Made by a program: the position numbers and the translations under genes. A DNA stretch of 40,189 bases from a virus: the IMG/VR virus record IMGVR_UViG_3300045988_065743; one strand, written 5' to 3'. The notes under the pieces were generated by a model. That model did not search any database and was not told where the DNA came from. It saw only the letters and a program-made list of their open reading frames with translations. Positions 33,991 through 40,103 of this stretch are shown in pieces (the stretch's first letter is position 1; each line of letters starts with the position of its first letter).

Positions 33991-34016
33991 GGGCGGGGCT
34001 GGTGTCCCGCCCTTTT
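33991..34016 (+). terminator. Rho-independent terminator
   Basis: gggcggg-gctggtgt-cccgccc followed by TTTT. Confidence 0.7.
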
Positions 34017-34038
34017 AGTTTAGAAAGGAGATTTTACA

Positions 34039-34440
34039 ATGTCTTGCAAATCTGCGATTTACACTGCTATGCAGACCCCCACGGAGGTTGCCGTAAATGG
34101 TGTTATCCCTCTGGGCAGTCTTATCCGCCGCTATGGATGTGATATTTCTTTGAACGGAAACGCTGTCAATATCGTTGGCAAAGGATATTATGATGTCGAT
34201 GTGTCCATCACTGTATCCCCCACGGCGGCAGGGACGGTCACTGCAACGCTCATCAAGGATGGCGTGGTTGTTCCCGGTGCGACAGCTTCCGCAAATGCTG
34301 CGGCTGGCGCGCCTGTTGCGCTGGCATTCCCCGCTCTTGTGCGTCAGGCGTGTTGCGCATCCGGCTCTGCGCTGTCGCTGGTACTGACTGGCGCGGCATC
34401 CACAGTTAGTAATGTTGCCCTCCGGGTACAGCGCATCTGA
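34039..34440 (+). CDS. Beta-rich cargo protein reminiscent of exosporium BclA-CTD/BxpB-type (TNF-like) domains
   Basis: 133 aa, RBS AAAGGAG. GKGYYDVDVSITVSPTAAGTVTATLIKDGVVVPGATA...LSLVLTGAASTVSNVALRVQRI. The family call comes from memory of the pattern only. Confidence 0.35.
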   Translation: MSCKSAIYTAMQTPTEVAVNGVIPLGSLIRRYGCDISLNGNAVNIVGKGYYDVDVSITVSPTAAGTVTATLIKDGVVVPGATASANAAAGAPVALAFPALVRQACCASGSALSLVLTGAASTVSNVALRVQRI

Positions 34441-34452
34441 TGGAGGTGTCGG

Positions 34453-34764
34453 ATGAAAGTTATTGAGAAATTGGAAAATTTTATCGATAGCGAGATCCAC
34501 GATGCAGAAGTATATGCAAAGTGCGCCCTAAAATACAAGGAATCCGACCCCACGCTTGCGAAACTGTTTTACGATTTGTCCACGGAAGAAATGCGGCACA
34601 TGGATTTGCTACATGGAGAAGTTGTCCGCCAGATTGAGCAGTATCGCAAGGCAAATGGTGAACCGCCCGCCTCCATGCAGGCTATCTATGATTATCTGCA
34701 CGAGAAGCAAATCGACAAAGCAAAGGATGTAAAGAGCTGCCAAAGCATGTATCGCAATGGGTAA
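34453..34764 (+). CDS. Small ferritin/rubrerythrin-like helical protein
   Basis: 103 aa, RBS GGAGGTG. EEMRHMDLLHGE (ExxH) and an upstream acidic helix (DSEIHDAEVYAK). Confidence 0.4.
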   Translation: MKVIEKLENFIDSEIHDAEVYAKCALKYKESDPTLAKLFYDLSTEEMRHMDLLHGEVVRQIEQYRKANGEPPASMQAIYDYLHEKQIDKAKDVKSCQSMYRNG

Positions 34765-34779
34765 ATATCGCCCGAAAAG

Positions 34780-34799
34780 TGATAGTAATTTGATAGTAA
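34780..34799 (+). promoter_or_regulatory. Direct repeats TGATAGTAA x2; candidate integrase arm-type sites in attP
   Basis: Copies at 34780-34788 and 34791-34799, 11 bp apart. Confidence 0.35.
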
Positions 34800-34812
34800 C
34801 CCAAACGATACG

Positions 34813-34899
34813 GCGCAGTATAGCGTAACATTTACGCAAGAAAAACACCAATAAATACCGTGTTATACCGATTTATTGCAACAATATACTGCGCTTTTT
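34813..34899 (+). other. Three-way-junction-like structured element ending in a T run (attP arm structure or small RNA)
   Basis: Perfect 10-bp stem gcgcagtata / tatactgcgc. It encloses hairpins gcgtaa-cat-ttacgc and aataaat...atttatt, then TTTTT. Confidence 0.4.
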
Positions 34900-34911
34900 G
34901 AACTGGCTTAC

Positions 34912-34958
34912 GCCTTTTAAGCAGGGTGTCCGGGGTTCGAATCCCCGACGGGGCACCA
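34912..34958 (+). tRNA. 3' half of a tRNA-Lys(UUU) gene (anticodon loop to CCA): attP core, not a complete tRNA
   Basis: CTTTTAA loop, GCAGG stem strand, GTGTC variable loop, CGGGG-TTCGAAT-CCCCG T arm, ACGGGGC-A-CCA. No matching 5' half upstream. Integrase is adjacent. Confidence 0.7.
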
Positions 34959-34960
34959 GA

Positions 34961-34999
34961 AAAAGCCTTGAAACACAACGGTTTCAAGGCTTTTTTCTT
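34961..34999. terminator. Bidirectional rho-independent terminator (tRNA side and integrase side)
   Basis: An 11-bp stem agccttgaaac / gtttcaaggct, flanked by an A run and a T run. Confidence 0.75.
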
Positions 35000-35007
35000 T
35001 TGACCGA

Positions 35008-36099
35008 TTATTTATTTGTTAGTAACGAGTTAGTAACGGCGGTCACCAGTGTTTCTGCGTCTATGTGGGTGTAAATGTTTGCCGTGGTGGAATAATCGGC
35101 GTGTCCGAGTATTTTTTGCAGCATTTCCGGGGCAAGACCTTCCTTGACCGCTCTCGATGTGTAGGTGTGGCGGGTAGAGTGCGGAGTTTTGCGCTCAATA
35201 CCCAGCCTGTCAAGGAGCGGGTAAAAATCGCGCCTGCGGAAGTTTGCCGGGACTTTTTGCCCATCGTACCCGGACAAAAGCAAATCGCCGGTGGCATGAC
35301 TGGCAAAGTAAGCAAAATACTGTTTCCCTTCCGGGCGAATGGGGATAATCCTATTTCTGCCCGCCTCGGTTTTCTCCCCGCCTACAACATAATCCCCGTG
35401 ATAGTCTGCCAAGGGCAGAGAGAACAATTCCCCAATCCGCATACCCGTTGCCAGCAGCATCAAGACGATTTTCGCTGTATCGCTGTTGTCACGCTCCAGC
35501 TTTTGGATATCTTCCGCCGTGAAGATGTCCTTTTCTTTTTTGACATTCTCCGGCAGATGCACGAACTTTGCAAAATTTGTCGTGCATATTTCCTCCCGGA
35601 TTGCCCAATTCGACATTTGCGTTATCAGCTGCTTGTACTTGTTTACGGTTGAATGGCTCTTGCCCATGTGCGGGTCAAGTACGTCCTGGAAGTCTGCCGT
35701 GCGGAGGTCACGGAACTTTTTGCTATGCAACGGAGCAAAAACCTTGTAGGCCGTGTTATAGGAATCAATCCCCTGCTTGCCGATCTCCTTGTAATGCTCC
35801 TCTTTCCACGCATCAAAGACTTCCGCAAAGGTCATATTATACCGCTCCGTTAAGATTTTTCCGTTCAACCGCTCCAAAGCGTCCAGAGCGTCCGTTTTGC
35901 GCTCATAGTGCCCAATAATCACTTTGTTTTTTGCGGCCACCCAAGGCGATTTTCTACGCCCCGCCAGTTTGTATACAGTTCCGGTGCCGTTTGCCCGCTT
36001 CAATGCTTTTCGCCGCTCTGTTACCTGTTTTTTGCCACAGAGATGGCAATATACGGCGCCCGGGACAAGAGCTGTTCCGCATTTAATGCAGTTGCTCAT
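35008..36099 (-). CDS. int: Tyrosine integrase with an N-terminal zinc ribbon
   Basis: Start at the MSNCIKCG...CHLCG Met (36099). Catalytic region ...ATGMRIGEL...HSTRHTYTS...LGHADYSTTANIYTH (R..HxxR..Y). Confidence 0.9.
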   Translation of the reverse strand: MSNCIKCGTALVPGAVYCHLCGKKQVTERRKALKRANGTGTVYKLAGRRKSPWVAAKNKVIIGHYERKTDALDALERLNGKILTERYNMTFAEVFDAWKEEHYKEIGKQGIDSYNTAYKVFAPLHSKKFRDLRTADFQDVLDPHMGKSHSTVNKYKQLITQMSNWAIREEICTTNFAKFVHLPENVKKEKDIFTAEDIQKLERDNSDTAKIVLMLLATGMRIGELFSLPLADYHGDYVVGGEKTEAGRNRIIPIRPEGKQYFAYFASHATGDLLLSGYDGQKVPANFRRRDFYPLLDRLGIERKTPHSTRHTYTSRAVKEGLAPEMLQKILGHADYSTTANIYTHIDAETLVTAVTNSLLTNK

Positions 36100-36676
36100 T
36101 TTCTGCTTCCTCGCCTTGTTTGGATTTTTTGCCCGCCGCAAGAGTGGACAATAGCACGGATGTAAGTACGCCGATTCCCAACGCCAAAAGCGCAATGGCA
36201 ATCCATGCAATCGTACCGGCTGTCCTGGATCGGATTAGGCCTTCGTCCTGCACACGGTAATCAAGCGCCACATACCATGTAACTATACCCAGCAGGATAG
36301 CGGACAGCAGCGATGTGATATACAGCATCGTGCGCTGCCGCCTTGCTTTTTTCTTCTGCTCCTCTGCTGATTTGGACAGTTCATCGTATGCGCCCTCTAT
36401 CCGTGCAAGGCGCACATCCTCGTCATGGACTTGCTGGAGCTGCTTGATTTGGTCTTGCGCCAAAACAATCTCCTCAATTCCAAAGTAACGGTCAATGGAC
36501 ACCCCCAGCACCTTGCAGATTGGCCCGGCTGCATACACGCCCGGTGCTTTGGATGTGGATGCAAAGAAATTGTTGACGCTGGACAAAGGCACACCGGATT
36601 GGTCTGCTATCTCCTGCGCCGTGATGTGCTGTTCCAGTTTTGCGTCCCGGCAAGTGTCCTGCAACGATTTCTCCAT
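36083..36676 (-). CDS. Membrane-tethered XRE-type HTH protein (HTH, coiled coil, 2 TM)
   Basis: ITAQEIADQSGVPLSSVNNFF...ICKVLGVSIDRYFG HTH. TMs at MLYITSLLSAILLGIVTWYVAL and IAWIAIALLALGIGVLTSVLL. Overlaps the int start. Confidence 0.7.
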   Translation of the reverse strand: MEKSLQDTCRDAKLEQHITAQEIADQSGVPLSSVNNFFASTSKAPGVYAAGPICKVLGVSIDRYFGIEEIVLAQDQIKQLQQVHDEDVRLARIEGAYDELSKSAEEQKKKARRQRTMLYITSLLSAILLGIVTWYVALDYRVQDEGLIRSRTAGTIAWIAIALLALGIGVLTSVLLSTLAAGKKSKQGEEAENEQLH

Positions 36677-36728
36677 GTTTTATTGCCTTCTTCCCCTTTT
36701 TCGGGCATAGCCCGCATTATTTTGCAAA

Positions 36729-36742
36729 CCCCAAATTTGGGG
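36729..36742. promoter_or_regulatory. Perfect 14-bp palindrome CCCCAAATTTGGGG flanked by the 11-bp direct repeat CCTTTTTCGGG
   Basis: Palindrome at 36729-36742. Direct repeats at 36695-36705 and 36749-36759. Lies in a divergent intergenic region. Confidence 0.5.
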
Positions 36743-36892
36743 ATATTGCCTTTTTCGGGATTGCACCGCCCGATTTGTTTTTGATATGGTGGCTGTGCAA
36801 ACGATAAGCCGATAGGCGATTCGTGGGCAAAACCCTCCCTGTCCGGTGCGGGGATGGGGAGGGTTAGAACAAAATTTCTATTTTCTACGATT

Positions 36893-36916
36893 TTGTTGCA
36901 CAAAAGTGTGCAACAA
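36893..36916. promoter_or_regulatory. Operator-like inverted repeat TTGTTGCACA-aaag-TGTGCAACAA
   Basis: Perfect 10-bp arms just upstream of the + strand small genes. Confidence 0.5.
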
Positions 36917-36966
36917 ACGCCGTGTTTGGGGGTATAGATGAAAACACTTTAACGGAGGCCATACAA

Positions 36967-37119
36967 ATGATGACTTTTTTTAACGAATGTGATATAATGA
37001 ATCAAACATCTGTACGGGAACGGTTGAAAGCGGAAATCACGACGCTGACAGACCGCCAGGCTGAATATGTATTAAGGAGGTTGCAGGATGTTCAAGACAA
37101 GAAAGCAGTTAAAGGATGA
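36967..37119 (+). CDS. Hypothetical small protein (50 aa)
   Basis: ATG at 36967, 10 nt after GGAGG. Start uncertain: the ORF-track GTG at 36922 is also possible. Confidence 0.35.
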   Translation: MMTFFNECDIMNQTSVRERLKAEITTLTDRQAEYVLRRLQDVQDKKAVKG

Positions 37120-37378
37120 AATTAGAAGACTGAATATCGAGCTTTCCGAAGAAAGACGCAAGACCCGTGTGTCCGCATTTATTGAATCCTCCGGGCTTCC
37201 ACAATGCAAAAGCCTTGCGTGTGCGGATTGCATCCATGTTGTTTATCGGCGGTCTATTCGTGGTGACTATTATATAATAGGCTGCGGCAAAAACAATCCG
37301 TGCGACGACTACGAAAAAGACCCTGCCGCCAGTTTGGCAGCTAATCAAGCAATGCAGCAACCGCAATGGCGGTTGTAA
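37088..37378 (+). CDS. Hypothetical protein (96 aa), coiled-coil N-terminus and Cys-rich C-terminus
   Basis: Strong RBS AAGGAGG. CKSLACADCIH...GCGKNNPC. The 3' end converges on and overlaps the minus-strand gene. Confidence 0.55.
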   Translation: MFKTRKQLKDEIRRLNIELSEERRKTRVSAFIESSGLPQCKSLACADCIHVVYRRSIRGDYYIIGCGKNNPCDDYEKDPAASLAANQAMQQPQWRL

Positions 37379-37661
37379 TCGCATACGGCACCCAAAACAT
37401 AAGTAGCTCTTTCCTGTGCTGTTCTATGTAGCCGCTCCCCAGTATCGTAATACGCCAATACTGAACGCCGTCATGGACGGTTCCATTTTCGCTTATTGAC
37501 TCCCCTATGCTGTAAAAATCAATCAGGCCTTCTTTTGCAAGGAACGAAGTGTATCTGTTTAGTATGTGATCGTCCTTGATTCCGACAAAACTATCTGCTT
37601 CGCCTCGGGTCATATCCTTTTTGTATAAGGCTTTTAGCAGCCGATATGCAGTCTTTTCCAT
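37341..37661 (-). CDS. Winged-helix-like protein with a C-terminal TM anchor (106 aa)
   Basis: Start at MEKTAYRLLKALYKK (37661), 1 nt after the repressor stop. C-terminal FWVPYAITTAIAVAALL. Confidence 0.55.
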   Translation of the reverse strand: MEKTAYRLLKALYKKDMTRGEADSFVGIKDDHILNRYTSFLAKEGLIDFYSIGESISENGTVHDGVQYWRITILGSGYIEQHRKELLMFWVPYAITTAIAVAALLD

Positions 37662-37662
37662 A

Positions 37663-38001
37663 TTACAGCACCCTCTTAGCTTCCAGTACAATGCCCAATA
37701 GCTTCTCGCATTGCTCATCGGTCAAACCATCAACTGCATCAAGCAACGCTTTCCGTGCTGCGCTCAATCCCTCGGCATTTATGCCGGGGGCTTTTTTTAT
37801 GCCCGGGTCGTCCGTTCCTGCCAAAAACAAATCCGGTGAAACGGCGAAATAATCCGCAATTTTCTTTATCGTTGTTGGCCTTGGAATCGCTCCGCATTTC
37901 CACGAAGTAACAGACCCAGACGATAGGGCGAGTTCTTTTGCAACTGCGTTTGGCGATACTCCACGCTGTGCGCATAGGCCGACAAAGACTGACCAAAACA
38001 T
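37663..38001 (-). CDS. cI-like XRE-family repressor (no S24 peptidase domain)
   Basis: 112 aa. RGVSPNAVAKELALSSGSVTSWKCGAIPRPTTIKKIADYFAVSPDLFLAG HTH. Divergent from the cro-like gene. Confidence 0.75.
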   Translation of the reverse strand: MFWSVFVGLCAQRGVSPNAVAKELALSSGSVTSWKCGAIPRPTTIKKIADYFAVSPDLFLAGTDDPGIKKAPGINAEGLSAARKALLDAVDGLTDEQCEKLLGIVLEAKRVL

Positions 38002-38020
38002 AAAATAATACTCCTGAAAA

Positions 38021-38091
38021 TTGTGAGATTATCCAAAAGTGAGAAAAATGAGATTTTCCTATTTACAAAATGAGAAATATGAGGTATCTTT
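38021..38091. promoter_or_regulatory. Operator/promoter cluster: five direct TGAGA(A/T) boxes and a candidate rightward promoter TTTACA-17-TATCTT
   Basis: TGAGA at 38024, 38040, 38049 and 38071; TGAGG at 38080. TTTACA at 38062-38067; TATCTT at 38085-38090. Confidence 0.45.
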
Positions 38092-38097
38092 ATATCA

Positions 38098-38661
38098 GGC
38101 CCACCGAAAAAGGGTACAAAAACACCAGCCCCCACGAAAGCGGCTTTTAACAATTTCTTTTGGCGAAGGTATTGTACCGCAGTTTTTGTGGAGTGTCAAG
38201 TGTGAAACCTCATGAATATGAGTTTTCGGTGGGCCTTGACTGCGGCGGGGATAGAAAAACCGCCTGCGGGCTGTTTCCGCAGACGGTATTCCCCCAAATT
38301 TGTTCACCAGAACACCCTTGCAACCTTCCGCACTGTCGGCGTGAGTTTGATACCTGCTTCACTGCATGACCCGACAGTTGCAAGCTGCGTTTTTTTACAC
38401 GCTTCACTGCGTGGACGCTTGCCGGTTCTACGATAGGTACACGATGAAACAGCCGTGCTTCTTGGGGGTGTCGCTCACTTTTGCGGGATGGGTTCCGCAA
38501 AGCCCATTTGCATCACGCCGTGTCCCCACGGTCTGGAACGGGCAAGGTCAAAAGTTTGGTCAAAAGGCCACCTCCTTTGATTTGCCACACGGGCTATCAG
38601 GAGAGTACCACATTTCCCCGCCGCAGTCAATGAAATCTCACATATAAGGAGGGAAGACAAT
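38098..38661 (+). ncRNA. About 560-nt ORF-free, highly structured leader or ncRNA between the switch operators and cro
   Basis: Perfect 13-bp long-range stem 38098-38110 / 38223-38235, many mutually exclusive hairpins, and anti-SD CCTCCTT (38571-38577) complementary to the cro RBS AAGGAGG (38646-38652). Confidence 0.45.
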
Positions 38662-38880
38662 TTGACATTGAGAGAAATGCGGGATAGAGCAAATCTTTCC
38701 TGCACACAGGTAGGCAAGAAGCTGTTTGTTGACCAGTCCTGCGTAAGACATTGGGAATACGGAGATTGGGCACCGGCACGGAAGTATTACAAGAAAATGG
38801 CAAAACTGTACGGCGTGTCGGAGGAGGAGATCAAGGCTGCTGCGGAAGCTATCCGGGCAGCGAACAAGGAGGAACGATGA
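38662..38880 (+). CDS. Cro-like XRE-family HTH regulator
   Basis: TTG start 9 nt after AAGGAGGG. LSCTQVGKKLFVDQSCVRHWEYG HTH. 72 aa. Confidence 0.7.
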   Translation: MTLREMRDRANLSCTQVGKKLFVDQSCVRHWEYGDWAPARKYYKKMAKLYGVSEEEIKAAAEAIRAANKEER

Positions 38881-39074
38881 TTAAGACGATGACGATGCAA
38901 GAGTGCATGGATCACCTTCGGGCGCATGGACTGAGCATTTCGCAAGACACGCTGGCGAACGGGATTGAACAGGGTGTGTATCCTTTTGGCCTGTGCGTTA
39001 TCGGAGGGAAACGGCGTGTTTTTCAGATTTTCCCCAATCTGCTGGACAAGTGGATTGCGGAGCGGGAGGAGTAA
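38877..39074 (+). CDS. Small HTH protein (excisionase/MerR-like?)
   Basis: ATGA-coupled, 65 aa. MTMQECMDHLRAHGLSISQDTLANGIEQG. Confidence 0.45.
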   Translation: MIKTMTMQECMDHLRAHGLSISQDTLANGIEQGVYPFGLCVIGGKRRVFQIFPNLLDKWIAEREE

Positions 39075-39076
39075 AC

Positions 39077-39175
39077 ATGGACGGTTACACATTGACGATG
39101 GTCATCATCGGGGCCGCAACGGTAAGCTATTGGTTTGTGCGGTTGTTGGACAAGCTGGATAGACCAGGCAAATAG
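39077..39175 (+). CDS. Tiny single-TM protein (32 aa)
   Basis: RBS GGGAGGAG. MDGYTLTMVIIGAATVSYWFVRLL. Confidence 0.35.
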   Translation: MDGYTLTMVIIGAATVSYWFVRLLDKLDRPGK

Positions 39176-39195
39176 TAAATTGGGAGGAAATCGAG

Positions 39196-39786
39196 ATGAA
39201 AGCGTGCAAGGGATTTGATAAAAATTTGAGGTGCCGAGGCTTCCGGTATGAGGTCGGCGGCGAGTACACGGAGGAAACCGCAGAGCTGTGCAATCGCGGA
39301 CCCCACGCCTGCGAGAACCCGCTGGACACGCTACGCTACTATAGACCTGGCGATAGCCGGTACTGCGAGGTGGAGATTGAGGACAACGGACAGCGTAGCA
39401 GCTATGACAGCAAGGTTTGCGGCAAACATATCAAGATCGGTGCAGAAATCGGGCTAAAAGGCGTTATCAACGCCGCCGCATCGGGCTGGAGTGGCAACGC
39501 CGCCGCATCGGGTGAGAGGGGCAACGCCGCCGCATCGGGTGTGAGGGGCACGGCTGCTGTGACTGGCCGGCATGGAAAAGCATCCGCGATTGGCAAGCAG
39601 TGCGTCGCCGTTGCATGGGGCCGAGATAGCCTTGCAAGAGGCTCTGTGGGCAACTGGATTGTGGTATCGGAGCGTGACGATGATGGCAACATCATCGATG
39701 CCAAAATCGCAAAGGTTGACGGCGAAGCCATTAAGGCAGACACATGGTACAAACTGACACACGGCGAGATTGTGGAGGCGGAGTGA
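39196..39786 (+). CDS. DUF7666-like phage protein with an internal 9-aa (GNAAASGxx) repeat tract
   Basis: N-terminus KACKGFDKNLRCRGFRYEVGGEY...LCNRGPHACENPLD typical of the family, then repeats. RBS GGGAGGAAA. Confidence 0.6.
   Translation: MKACKGFDKNLRCRGFRYEVGGEYTEETAELCNRGPHACENPLDTLRYYRPGDSRYCEVEIEDNGQRSSYDSKVCGKHIKIGAEIGLKGVINAAASGWSGNAAASGERGNAAASGVRGTAAVTGRHGKASAIGKQCVAVAWGRDSLARGSVGNWIVVSERDDDGNIIDAKIAKVDGEAIKADTWYKLTHGEIVEAE
39469..39549 (+). repeat. Three near-identical 27-bp tandem repeats (plus ~2 degenerate copies downstream)
   Basis: aacgccgccgcatcggg(c/t)(t/g)... repeated at 39469, 39496 and 39523. Confidence 0.85.
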
Positions 39787-40103
39787 TGTTTGTATGTGAA
39801 TACTGCGGAGCGGCGTTCCGGGAGCCAGATCGCATGGAGGACAATTCCCCGGAATATGGAGACTGTCCCATTTATTTCTGCCCGGAGTGCGGAGAAGAAA
39901 TTGGCCTGGAAGAAGCGGACGGCTGCCCGGAGTGCCACGGCTGGAAGCGCATGAAGGATGCCATGTGCCACAAGTGCCAGCTGGCCACGGTGAGCAATTT
40001 CAGACTTGCGAATCGCGGATTCAGCCGGATTCAGCTGGACTACATAAGCGACTTGTCAGAGGGCGAGTATCTGTCAGACTTTATGCGGGGTGACGCAACA
40101 TGA
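39786..40103 (+). CDS. Multi-zinc-ribbon protein (105 aa)
   Basis: CEYCG...CPECG...CPECHG...CHKCQ. TGATG-coupled upstream and ATGA-coupled to the Sak gene across the circle junction. Confidence 0.6.
   Translation: MFVCEYCGAAFREPDRMEDNSPEYGDCPIYFCPECGEEIGLEEADGCPECHGWKRMKDAMCHKCQLATVSNFRLANRGFSRIQLDYISDLSEGEYLSDFMRGDAT

Noticed and set aside
34912-34958. Complete tRNA gene or tmRNA 3' end
   Set aside because: No complementary 5' acceptor strand (GCCCCGU) or D arm lies upstream. The anticodon stem is only half conserved, so this is a partial tRNA (attP core). The acceptor end ..GGGGCACCA lacks the G3-U70 alanine identity pair expected for tmRNA.
38098-38235. Retron-like msr/msd (13-bp flanking inverted repeats)
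   Set aside because: There is no reverse transcriptase gene anywhere in the genome, and no conserved branching-G context next to the repeat.
38366-38647. 93-aa and 96-aa ORFs (38366-38647 +, 38210-38500 -) in the cI-cro gap
   Set aside because: No RBS, atypical composition, and they overlap each other on opposite strands. The region is better explained as structured non-coding sequence.
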